From positions 1-64,000 of IMG/VR virus record IMGVR_UViG_3300009082_000002: DNA of 64,000 nucleotides; one strand, 5' to 3'. Below the pieces are notes generated by a model. That model did not search any database. It saw only the letters and a list, made by a program, of their open reading frames with translations, and had not been told where the DNA came from. The translations under genes were made by a program, and so were the position numbers. The stretch's first letter is position 1. Every line of letters starts with the position of its first letter. Positions 37,542 to 46,314 of the stretch are shown here, in pieces. This DNA comes from a virus.

Positions 37542-37877
37542 ATGAAGGCAATCATTTTCAAGCCCGCGAAGGCCTGGATCGAGAACCTGCGCGAGGGCGA
37601 TCTTGCACCCGACTGCTTCGGCCGCCTGGCCGAGGTGGTGCGGGTCAGCTACCGCGGAACCGACACGCTGGGCCGCGAGTTTGTCGGCGTCGACTTGCTG
37701 TTCGGCGAGCGCGGCACGATCAGCGACTCCTACAAGGCCGGTCGGATTCATCGCAGCGTACCGCTCTGCAACCGGTACACGAGCGCGGAGCTGGATGCGC
37801 TGGAACGGCACGCGCCGGAGCGCAGCGACATGTTTCTCGGCGACCATGGCGACGACCTGGTCGAGCTGGAGGTGTGA
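37542..37877 (+). CDS. Hypothetical protein
   Basis: GGAGG RBS. Confidence 0.65.
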   Translation: MKAIIFKPAKAWIENLREGDLAPDCFGRLAEVVRVSYRGTDTLGREFVGVDLLFGERGTISDSYKAGRIHRSVPLCNRYTSAELDALERHAPERSDMFLGDHGDDLVELEV

Positions 37878-37878
37878 C

Positions 37879-38112
37879 GTGGATCGCCGGTACTACAGCC
37901 GCAGGCACTTCGAGCTGCTCCGCAATGGCCCGCCAGACACCGCCGAGACCATCGCGGAGCGGCTGCGCCAACGTGCCGCCGCGGAGCAGGCGATGCGAGA
38001 GCGCGACGAGCGCTGGCCGGAGCTGACGGCCGAGAACGCTGGCGAAGCGCTGGTCTGGCAGCGAGCCCGTGAGCGCGAGCTGTGCGAACTGCTCGCAGCG
38101 GAGAAAGCATGA
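37879..38112 (+). CDS. Hypothetical protein
   Basis: GGAGG RBS, GTG start. Confidence 0.55.
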   Translation: MDRRYYSRRHFELLRNGPPDTAETIAERLRQRAAAEQAMRERDERWPELTAENAGEALVWQRARERELCELLAAEKA

Positions 38113-38411
38113 ATTTGACGCACATCCCGCACCATGCGGAGACAGGTGGCGACTATGTGCGGATCAAGTTCCGTCCGGTCGCGGCTGACGGAACTGAACT
38201 CCGCGCCCGCTGGGCGTGGGCTGTCCGGCTGCACGCCGGCCAGACCAGGCTTCCGCGCTACCTTCTGATCACGCGCGAAGGCGAGAACGTGGTCGCCGAC
38301 CGCGAGCAGGACAACGTGATCACCGAGACCCGTTCGATCCTCGTCGGCACGCCAATGGAGGAGCGGCCAGCCGCCATGAACTTGAAGTACGGCTGGCTAG
38401 AGGAAGTCTGA
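38109..38411 (+). CDS. Hypothetical protein
   Basis: ATGA coupling. Confidence 0.6.
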   Translation: MNLTHIPHHAETGGDYVRIKFRPVAADGTELRARWAWAVRLHAGQTRLPRYLLITREGENVVADREQDNVITETRSILVGTPMEERPAAMNLKYGWLEEV

Positions 38412-38546
38412 TGGCGAGTAAACTTTCTGGCGCAACGCTCGTCGATCGGGCTCACTGCCGAAGGCCACACGTGGGCAGAGGAAGCCTCCGGTTGAACCCG
38501 GGCCAGAGGCGAAAGCAGGACGACGTGGACGCGGTACGGGGACGTG

Positions 38547-39518
38547 ATGCCGACGCTCGATGAACTTCGACGCCGTTTCAGGAAGGACACGCGGCTCAAG
38601 CCCGGCGGCCGGTCAGGTACCGTCTCGCCCAAGCTGAAGCTGGAGCTGAAGACCACTGGCAGCGACGGCAAGCCGCTGTTCACAGAGGAAGCCCTGCTCG
38701 AGATGGTGCGGTTGGAAGCGAACTTCCTCGCCAAGCTCGGCATCCCGCCAGAGCTTGTGCTGCCGACGCTCGAACATGCCAAGTCGGATGACCCGGCCCG
38801 CATCGCCGAGGCGATTTTCGATCTCGCGGACAAGGCTGGGATCGGACTCGGCCCCGCCGCAGTCGCGACGGCCAGAATCAGGACCCAGCTCGCGAGCCCA
38901 TGGCTGGAAGAGTTGCTCCAGCGGGTGAAATCCGAGATGCGCAACTCCGTCCACCGACACCGCCGGAGCTACGCGGAAGTCGAGTCCGCCATCGGTGACT
39001 TTCTCAACGGGGCCCGAGCCGCGTGGACGCCGAGGGCGGACACGGACCCTGCATGGTCGCGCCCACACGCGGAAGCTGTGCGCGAGGCCACGAGCGCGCT
39101 GGATGCGGACTGGCTGGCGAACGAGTACGTGGTCAAGACCTTTAGCACGACCGCGACCGTGGAGCTGCACGGCCGCGGGAAGATCCACATTGGCACACCA
39201 ACGGTCGTCCTCGCGACGCGGGACGGTGTCGTGCCGTGGATGCTGGTCGACAGGCTGTTCTATCGCTGGCAGAAGAAGACCGGGAAGCGCGACGGCAGGA
39301 CCGTCTTCGAGCATGACGTCGCGATGGCGACGGTCAAGGAGCTTGGCCGCCGCGCCGGGTTGAGGCTGACGACGGACCGAGTACTTCTGAACGACTTCGC
39401 AATCGTCCCCAACCGCAAGAACTCGTCAGGCTATCTGTACACGCGACTCGTCATGCGAGCGGAGGACGCGAACGCGTTGATCGCGATGACCAGCCGACAC
39501 GGAGGGGACGACCGATGA
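38547..39518 (+). CDS. Hypothetical protein with N-terminal MPTL tag
   Basis: Starts MPTLDELRRRFRK. Confidence 0.75.
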   Translation: MPTLDELRRRFRKDTRLKPGGRSGTVSPKLKLELKTTGSDGKPLFTEEALLEMVRLEANFLAKLGIPPELVLPTLEHAKSDDPARIAEAIFDLADKAGIGLGPAAVATARIRTQLASPWLEELLQRVKSEMRNSVHRHRRSYAEVESAIGDFLNGARAAWTPRADTDPAWSRPHAEAVREATSALDADWLANEYVVKTFSTTATVELHGRGKIHIGTPTVVLATRDGVVPWMLVDRLFYRWQKKTGKRDGRTVFEHDVAMATVKELGRRAGLRLTTDRVLLNDFAIVPNRKNSSGYLYTRLVMRAEDANALIAMTSRHGGDDR

Positions 39519-39916
39519 CGAAGAGGAAGGCCGAGCTGCCAGATCTGACGAGGACCGCACGCGCGGTTGAAGCGCTCGACGCAGAGTACGCGAAGCCCGA
39601 CAGCGAGATCGACTGGAGCAAGATCATCGAGCTGGACAGGGAAGTCGGCCGCGCCTTCGGCGAGGACACCGCGGACCGGAACAACCAGAGGACGTGCGAG
39701 CAATGCGTCCGCGCAGGCAGACCGAGCCCAGGACCAGGGTTCGAGCTGGCGCCCGTCCGCAGGTGGGTTGAGCAGTGGAAGAAGAAGAAGCGCAGCACCA
39801 ACACCAGCAGCGAGCAGGGGGGTGAAGGTGGTAGGACCAACCGCGGAAAGGATGGGCCGGGACGCAGCGGAGAAGGTGAAGCAAAGCGCGTTGTATGGAG
39901 TACCCCCGAAAGATAG
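39515..39916 (+). CDS. Hypothetical protein
   Basis: ATGA coupling; CEQC; low-complexity tail. Confidence 0.5.
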   Translation: MTKRKAELPDLTRTARAVEALDAEYAKPDSEIDWSKIIELDREVGRAFGEDTADRNNQRTCEQCVRAGRPSPGPGFELAPVRRWVEQWKKKKRSTNTSSEQGGEGGRTNRGKDGPGRSGEGEAKRVVWSTPER

Positions 39917-40201
39917 GGATAGAAGAAGACGGGCCAGCGCGAGAAGAGATGGGCCAGCAAGACAGGAAGAGAGGCAGGAGAAGGACATGGAGAAGAATGG
40001 GGCAAGATGCAGGGCGGGCCCGCGGAGAGGGGAAAGGGGGAAGCCCTACCTCGCGCCCACTCCGGCCGCCTCCAGTCACATCCGGCCACATCCCTCCGGA
40101 GGGAAAAGGATGAATCCCTCCCCCCGCTGCTCTCGCCGCGGTCCCCACCCCGGCCCGGCGCCGCACCAAAAGCCTAGCCCGCAAGCCGCCGCGCCACGCT
40201 G

Positions 40202-40335
40202 CAACGTGCCAAAGGATAGCTAACTTCGCATTATCACAACAGAACACCAGCGCCAACGTGCCAAAGGCCCAACGTGCCAAAGGATAGACAACTCCGCATT
40301 ATCACACGATATTCGCCGCGACAACGTGCTAAAGA
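40202..40335 (+). repeat. Iteron array 2: four copies of CAACGTGCCAAAGG in a 68-bp duplication
   Basis: Exact copies at 40202, 40254 and 40270; a 2-mismatch copy at 40322. The first and third are each followed by ATAG..AACT.CGCATTATCACA. Confidence 0.9.
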
Positions 40336-40454
40336 CCCCAGCGCCCAAGGCGCGCGGCTCCGGCGCACCAAGCCCAGCGCCGGGAGCGCGGGCCACGCGT
40401 AGCCAAGGCGCGCGTGGTGCGTGAGCCGAGCCCGGCGCGCTGGCAGCTCCGCGT

Positions 40455-40660
40455 CCGCATCCTGCCACCACCTGGGCAAGCCTGGGCCAGCCCGCCACCT
40501 GCCACGCACTGCCACGCGGGCCGGCCTGCCACCTGCCACACGCTGCCACGTTCTGCCACGCCACGCGGCCAGCTTGAGCTTGCTCGCCTCCTACCGCATC
40601 CTGCCACCAACCAGGCAAGCCGGGCCAAGCCCACCTCCTACCACATCCTGCCACCAACCA
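40455..40660 (+). repeat. CTGCCAC heptamer array
   Basis: Nine exact copies (40462, 40499, 40509, 40526, 40533, 40543, 40553, 40601, 40648); longer repeat CCTACC(G/A)CATCCTGCCACCAACCA at about 40590 and 40637. Confidence 0.85.
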
Positions 40661-41007
40661 TGCCCGGGTTCAGCCAGGCCCGGCAATGGCAGGAGGCCAG
40701 GATGGGAAACCGCGGTGCCTCGGGCCGGTAGGATGCCGCGCAGGATTGGCTCTCATCCTTCCGATCCTGCCCGAACAGGCCGGCCCTTGCCCCGTCGCCC
40801 GCCAGCCCGCGCGTGCTCGGGATTGCCTGGCCCCCTCCCGATTCAAGCACGCCCCGGAAACCCGTCACTAAAAGCCAGGCTTTAATAACCCAGGCCTGGG
40901 CCAGCCGCACGGCTGCCTCCCGTGCCCACGTTTCCGGAAAAATTTTTTGGCGCGAGGACTCGGTACCTCCGCTGTGCTCTTCGCGAACCATCGCGCGGAG
41001 GTGCTTG

Positions 41008-41256
41008 ATGGCGGCAAGAAGCTGTAAACGCGCCCTGCGCTGGCTCATCGAAGACGCTCCACTCCTGGGCTTCGCGCGCGGCTGCGCGTTCCATTTTGTC
41101 TGGCGCGGCCCGCTGCCGCGCTGGGCGCAGGACGCCGCGCCGTGGCTCATGGCCTTCGCGCTGCGGTCCTGGCCGCTGCGGGTCAGCAAGCTCGTCGAGA
41201 CAGACCACGGGCAACGCGGCGTCGAGATCTCCAACCGCTACTGGCTGGGCGCATAA
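41008..41256 (+). CDS. Hypothetical protein
   Basis: GGAGG RBS; first gene after the non-coding region. Confidence 0.55.
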   Translation: MAARSCKRALRWLIEDAPLLGFARGCAFHFVWRGPLPRWAQDAAPWLMAFALRSWPLRVSKLVETDHGQRGVEISNRYWLGA

Positions 41257-41558
41257 TGAGCTGGAACAATGTCGTCCGCCTCTCCGCGCCGGTCGTCAAC
41301 CAGCTGCGGCGCGAGAGCGACAAGGTTCAGCTCCCGGAAGATGTTGTCCGGCTGCTCCTGGACGTCTACGGCACCGCGACGCTGAACTGGGTGCGCGCCA
41401 TGCCCGACAGCCGTGCGGGCTTTGAGATCATCCGTTGTGCCGCGCTCGACGCGCTCGGGCTCCACGGGGACACCTTGCTCGGAATCCTCACCGGTGCAGG
41501 TCTCGACCCCCTGGTGCTCGAAGCGTTCTGGCGCGCAAGGGCACGGGACACGCGATGA
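41256..41558 (+). CDS. Hypothetical protein
   Basis: TAATG coupling. Confidence 0.6.
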   Translation: MSWNNVVRLSAPVVNQLRRESDKVQLPEDVVRLLLDVYGTATLNWVRAMPDSRAGFEIIRCAALDALGLHGDTLLGILTGAGLDPLVLEAFWRARARDTR

Positions 41559-41809
41559 CCTCGCAGGAGCGAATCGACAGGCTCGGCCGCGTGCTGTGCT
41601 TCACGCCGGGCTCGGCCGGGTTCGACCTGAAGCAGGACATCGGTGGTCGGCGGTGCTGGTGGCTCGTCGGCGGTGTCGAGGGCGACCAGGCGCTGCCTGG
41701 CACCTGCGGGATGAACACGCTGGCCGAAGCGCTGGACGCGGCCGAGGCGTGGTTCGCGCCGGAGGTCGACGAGTTCGAGAACGCGTCGGCAAGGGCAAGA
41801 ACGCGATGA
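41555..41809 (+). CDS. Hypothetical protein
   Basis: ATGA coupling. Confidence 0.55.
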   Translation: MTSQERIDRLGRVLCFTPGSAGFDLKQDIGGRRCWWLVGGVEGDQALPGTCGMNTLAEALDAAEAWFAPEVDEFENASARARTR

Positions 41810-42150
41810 GCGAGTGCGACTCGGCCGCGCGGCCGCGGCACGCCCGGGCTCTGCGTGACGTGGGGCTCGCAGCGGTTCGTCGTCACGGTCGAGGAGCTGG
41901 AGGAGAGACGGTGAAGAAAGACGCACGCACGGAGCACGGGCCGGTGATCATCGAGGACCTGGCCGGCGTGCCTGCGGCCCTTTACGAGCTGGCCGAGCGT
42001 CTCTCGTGGAACGGGAAGCCGATCTCCGCCTCACGGGTCGAGAGCTGCGCACGGGAAAGTGCTGTCCTTCTGGCCAGCGCGCGCTTCGTGCCGCTGTTCT
42101 CCAGCCTGCCTCAACTTGGGCCGTTGAATCCGGCCCGGAGGAATCGCTGA
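41806..42150 (+). CDS. Hypothetical protein
   Basis: Coupled; an alternative GTG start with RBS lies at 41910. Confidence 0.45.
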   Translation: MSECDSAARPRHARALRDVGLAAVRRHGRGAGGETVKKDARTEHGPVIIEDLAGVPAALYELAERLSWNGKPISASRVESCARESAVLLASARFVPLFSSLPQLGPLNPARRNR

Positions 42151-42392
42151 TGACGGCGAGACGGTGGACCAAGGAACGGCCGACCGGCCAGTGGCAGATG
42201 GCGGTGGTGCTCTACGCTGATGGCGACTTCGCGGTGCGTTTTCCGCACGCCGTCGAACACCGGCCGGTGGCGGCATGGCTCGTAGTGACGCCGCCGCGCT
42301 CCAGCCAGTGCCCAGGGTGCGACTCCGAGGTGCTGGCCGGCGAAGCGTGCGGGGTCTGCGGTGCTACGCCGTCGAAGGGTCGGGCGAGGTGA
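42150..42392 (+). CDS. Small zinc-ribbon protein
   Basis: CPGC...CGVCG. Confidence 0.55.
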   Translation: MTARRWTKERPTGQWQMAVVLYADGDFAVRFPHAVEHRPVAAWLVVTPPRSSQCPGCDSEVLAGEACGVCGATPSKGRAR

Positions 42393-42541
42393 TGATGTTC
42401 GATCTGCGGAAGTTCGTGCGCGAACATGTGCTACTCATCCGGCAGCGTCCGACAGTACGGATTCCTGATGGTGCGGTACGCGGAGGGCGCGATGGGCGCG
42501 TCCGACAGGTATGACACCATCGCCACGATACGAGCGGAGGC

Positions 42542-43009
42542 GTGATGTGGTTCTACTTCAACGGTCACGGCGAGATCGATTGGGACTTTGACGACGTGCC
42601 GGGCGGTGCGCACGATTCGGCCAGGCTCATCAAGGGCGCGATTCGCGAGGCCCTGGTGAAGTTCGGGCTCGTGAACATCGACCTCGCCGTTGAGCCCGAC
42701 ACGCGCGACAACCCGGGCAGCGAGCCCCGGCTCGATCAGAAGGCGTTGGAGGCCAGAGAGTGGAAGTTCAAAGACAAGCCGAAGGTCTCGGCAGAGCTGG
42801 AGGACTTGGCGGTCGAGTTGTTGGCCAAGGCCGTCGAGCGCTGCGGCGAAGGCCAGCCGCGTGAACTTCGGCACGTCCACCTTGAACGCCTCTTCGCGAC
42901 CGGCTCGTCCTTCGTCTTCTGGCTCTGCCGCGAGTTCGGCATCGACCCTCACGAGGAGCTTGGCGAGCGCCGTTGCGGCTCCCGTACCTGCCCGGAGTGC
43001 AACCGATGA
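42542..43009 (+). CDS. Hypothetical protein
   Basis: GGAGG RBS; C-terminal Cys cluster. Confidence 0.65.
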   Translation: MMWFYFNGHGEIDWDFDDVPGGAHDSARLIKGAIREALVKFGLVNIDLAVEPDTRDNPGSEPRLDQKALEAREWKFKDKPKVSAELEDLAVELLAKAVERCGEGQPRELRHVHLERLFATGSSFVFWLCREFGIDPHEELGERRCGSRTCPECNR

Positions 43010-43452
43010 GCGGCAAGCCGATGCTCGTTCTTGACGACCTCGAAGTCGGCGGCACGATGACCGAGGCGAGCGCGCGTCGGTTCATAGGCCTCTGTGAGCG
43101 GTACAGCCTGCTCGATGTTTACTTCCCGCCGCGTGTCGTGATCGGCCCGCTGCCCTTGCTCGACCGGATGGCCCAGGCGGTGTGCAACTGGAGCGCGGCC
43201 TTGCAGCGCGCTCACGTCCGCGCCTGGTGCAAGGCGCACGGCGTCGATTGCCCGTGGGGCTACATCGACCACGTCCGAAGCCAGAGCGCGAAGCTGCGCA
43301 CGCCCTGGACGCAACGGCCGGACTGTACGAGGTACCCGCGCGCAGAAGTGCGCGACGGCAACGGCTCGACCATCGTGATCGTGTCGACGCGCGCGTTCAA
43401 GCAGGATCTCTTCGAGTCGTTGAAGAAGCGAACGAAAGGAATCGAGGGGTGA
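43006..43452 (+). CDS. Hypothetical protein
   Basis: ATGA coupling. Confidence 0.6.
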   Translation: MSGKPMLVLDDLEVGGTMTEASARRFIGLCERYSLLDVYFPPRVVIGPLPLLDRMAQAVCNWSAALQRAHVRAWCKAHGVDCPWGYIDHVRSQSAKLRTPWTQRPDCTRYPRAEVRDGNGSTIVIVSTRAFKQDLFESLKKRTKGIEG

Positions 43453-43727
43453 TGGCAAAGCCAAAGGTGAAGGCGACTATCCTGCCGCTGGTCCAGGTCC
43501 GCATCGAGGGCGAGCAGCCGAAGGGGAAGATCGGGTTCCCGGTCATCCGCGACGATGGCGGCCTGGTCCACGAGTTCCTTCTGTGGCAGCTCGACTCCGG
43601 CGTGTTCGGTGTGGCGCGGGCCGGCGGGCAAAGCGGCGGCGGTTCCTTCTGCGGGTACTTCTATCCGGAGGATGCGGAAGCTGTCGCCGCGTGGCTGCGC
43701 GAGCACGGCGTCGAGGTGGAAGCGTGA
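43452..43727 (+). CDS. Hypothetical protein
   Basis: TGATG coupling. Confidence 0.6.
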   Translation: MAKPKVKATILPLVQVRIEGEQPKGKIGFPVIRDDGGLVHEFLLWQLDSGVFGVARAGGQSGGGSFCGYFYPEDAEAVAAWLREHGVEVEA

Positions 43728-43990
43728 CGGAGCTGACCACCTTCGACCTGGTCGTCATCGTCGTCGCGACGTTCGGGACCGGCCTGCTGATAGGCCGACT
43801 CTTCGAGCGGACTGGCTGGCGGTACGGCATCGCGCTCAACACCGAAGCGGACGGTTTTTTTCATGTCCTTTTCCTCAAGCTCTGGCGCCGCGAGCTTCAT
43901 CCTTCACAAGCCGCGACCGCGCTGGTCGCGTGGAGTCGCGGCGACGCAGCCTTCCGGGTCTGGATCAGTGACCACGTTGACTCTGACTAA
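43724..43990 (+). CDS. Small membrane protein
   Basis: TM segment LVVIVVATFGTGLLIG; GTGA coupling. Confidence 0.55.
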   Translation: MTELTTFDLVVIVVATFGTGLLIGRLFERTGWRYGIALNTEADGFFHVLFLKLWRRELHPSQAATALVAWSRGDAAFRVWISDHVDSD

Positions 43991-44082
43991 AGCGCGTTTT
44001 TTAGGTCCACGGCCGACCGCTTCCGCGAATCATTGGCTAGGTACGGGCATGGCGCCCGATAGTCGAACCAAGGAGGGCAAAG

Positions 44083-45279
44083 ATGATCAGGGTCGATCAA
44101 CGCGACTTTTCGGCGGCGTTGGAGGCAGCGCGGCAAGCCTGTAGCCGGGTAGGCTCGCTCCCCATCCTGGCGCAGGCGAGCGTTGTCTGCCACGACGGCG
44201 AGTTGAAGATCGACTGCACCGATCTCGACGTGCGGCTGGTCTGCACGCTGGCCGCGGCAGGCGAGGGCAAGTTCCTTCTGCCTGCCGCGAAGCTGGCCAA
44301 GGTCGTAAAGCCGCAGGGCGCGAAGAAGGCTTCGCGCCAGATCGTGATCGGCGTCGAGGACGAAAAGCCCATCGTCATGATCGACGGCGCGAAGGTGAAG
44401 TTCCCGCTCCAGTGCGCGCCGGAGGACTGGCCTGTCGAGGCCGTCTGTGAGTGGAAGCTCCGCGGCCACTACGCGACGGCCGAGACGCTGCGCGCGTTGA
44501 AGTACTGTCTGCCGGCTGCTTCCACCGACGATATGCGCCCGCACCTGGGCTGTGTGTTCTTCTTCGGCTCGCGGCTCATCTCCACGGACGGGCACCGGCT
44601 CCACATCGTGCACCTCGGCGGCGAGCCACACGAGAGCACGTGGCTTGCGCGTCAGGGCGTGTGCCACCTCGTCAAGCTCTGTGACGCCGAGTCCTTCGAT
44701 CTCTTCGCGGTCGATGGCGAGGATCACATCGGTCGTTGTCGCGTGACGTGGCCAGGTCGTGTGCTCGTCCGCGACACGCCGGTCGGTGCCATCGATCTGA
44801 ACTTCGACCGAGTCATCGGTGACACGCGCGCATCCCGCGGCATCGTCTTCAATCTGACGCGCGTGGATCTGCTCGACCGGTTGAAGAAAGCGAAGGCGAT
44901 GCTCGACAAGAGCGCGGATCTGATCGTGGAGTACGAGTCGGGACGCTGGCTGAAAATGGAGGGGTGCGAGCGTGTCGCGGACAAGACCACGGTGGAGTGG
45001 AAGCAACCGCACGACGGCGTCGAGGACAATCGCGAGAAGTTCGTCCCAGACTGTCAGCCGAGCGACGTGAGCGACGAGGAGTGGGCCGAGCATGCGCACG
45101 CCGAGCCACAGTCCTGTCACTTCGCGCAGCCGGCCAAGTTCTGCGTTGGGCTCGACTACGCGATTGACGCGCTGGCCGATGGTGACGACCTGGTCGAGCT
45201 GAAGTTCACCGACTCGCTGCTGCCGATCCACTTGCGCAGCGGCGATTATGAATCGATCGTCATGCCGATCAGGATCTAG
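44083..45279 (+). CDS. dnaN: DNA polymerase III beta sliding clamp-like protein
   Basis: SLPILA; TDLDVRL; AASTDDMRPHL; ISTDGHRL; YAIDAL; C-terminal IVMPIRI. Confidence 0.85.
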   Translation: MIRVDQRDFSAALEAARQACSRVGSLPILAQASVVCHDGELKIDCTDLDVRLVCTLAAAGEGKFLLPAAKLAKVVKPQGAKKASRQIVIGVEDEKPIVMIDGAKVKFPLQCAPEDWPVEAVCEWKLRGHYATAETLRALKYCLPAASTDDMRPHLGCVFFFGSRLISTDGHRLHIVHLGGEPHESTWLARQGVCHLVKLCDAESFDLFAVDGEDHIGRCRVTWPGRVLVRDTPVGAIDLNFDRVIGDTRASRGIVFNLTRVDLLDRLKKAKAMLDKSADLIVEYESGRWLKMEGCERVADKTTVEWKQPHDGVEDNREKFVPDCQPSDVSDEEWAEHAHAEPQSCHFAQPAKFCVGLDYAIDALADGDDLVELKFTDSLLPIHLRSGDYESIVMPIRI

Positions 45280-45288
45280 TTCGGAGGT

Positions 45289-46314
45289 ATGCGAGCGATG
45301 AGCAAGTGTCGGGTGGCGCGAGTTCCGAAGGAGGAAAGCAAGGGCTGGCATGAGTACGGGTGGCTCAAGCCGATCTTGCTCGCTTGTGACAGCCTCATCG
45401 GCCATGGCCGGCTGGAGTACTGGCTCGGCGTCGAGGCCGAGGGCAAGCTGCCGGCCGAACCCATCCCGCAGATCCACTGGCGGCACTCGATGGATACCGA
45501 GACCCGTGAGAACTTGCGCGAGTTGTCGAAGACGGTCGCGGAGCGCGGCGAGTACAAGGGCCCACCGCTCTCGCCCAAGGGTGCGTACCAGCACGTCGGC
45601 CAACTGATCGACAAGCTCGGCGGCGGGTGGGATGCGCTCACTTACTTCATCCGCTGGCTGGCCTGGGGGCTGGGCGTGAGCGCGGAACGCAACGAGGAAC
45701 CATACCAGCCATGGGGCGCGGATGCGGCCTGGGGCGATACGCTCTTTCGTGAGTTCCACCTTCAACGCCTGCTCGCGGCTGACGCGGACGTGCTTGGCTA
45801 CTGGCTCGCGGAGCGACGCGGCAAGGGCTGGAATCCTAACGCGTTCTTCCCGACGCCGATGAACGTGTGCGATTGCATGGCGCGGATGACCATGCACGAT
45901 GTCGGTTCGACATTGCCGGACGGCCGGGACGCGCGGCTCGCCTCGGTGTGCGATCCATGCGTTGGCACCGGGCGGATGCTCCTGGCTGCGAGTAACTTCT
46001 CGCTCAACCTCCACGGTATGGACATCGACGGCCTGATGGTCGACGCCTGCTCGGTGAACCTCGCCCTTTTCGCGCCGTGGGCGGTGTACATCGGACCGCG
46101 CCAGCGGGAGATCCTGTCGCGCGACTCGGGCTCCGGCGAAGACGGTGAGCGGCGCGTGGAACAGATCGATGCGCTCCGCGCGGAGCGCGGGATGCCGACA
46201 CTACCGAAGACGATCAAGCGCGAGCGGCCGGGATATGTGGTCAGCCGTCACGGCAGCGGCGACATCTTTTCGGCCAAGGTCGTGAAACGTGAGCGACCGA
46301 AAGGGATCGTATGA
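45289..46314 (+). CDS. N-6 DNA methylase-like SAM-binding protein (no NPPY/F motif seen)
   Basis: FFPTPMNV; VCDPCVGTGRMLL; GMDID. Confidence 0.75.
   Translation: MRAMSKCRVARVPKEESKGWHEYGWLKPILLACDSLIGHGRLEYWLGVEAEGKLPAEPIPQIHWRHSMDTETRENLRELSKTVAERGEYKGPPLSPKGAYQHVGQLIDKLGGGWDALTYFIRWLAWGLGVSAERNEEPYQPWGADAAWGDTLFREFHLQRLLAADADVLGYWLAERRGKGWNPNAFFPTPMNVCDCMARMTMHDVGSTLPDGRDARLASVCDPCVGTGRMLLAASNFSLNLHGMDIDGLMVDACSVNLALFAPWAVYIGPRQREILSRDSGSGEDGERRVEQIDALRAERGMPTLPKTIKRERPGYVVSRHGSGDIFSAKVVKRERPKGIV

Noticed and set aside
39567-40223. 218-aa ORF ending RCNVPKDS as a second initiator gene
   Set aside because: The NVPK match comes only from the iteron DNA. The rest is low complexity, lacks an RBS and overlaps 39515-39916.
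40228-40306. ATTATCACA as DnaA boxes
   Set aside because: It needs two mismatches or a deletion relative to TTWTNCACA, which is too weak to call.
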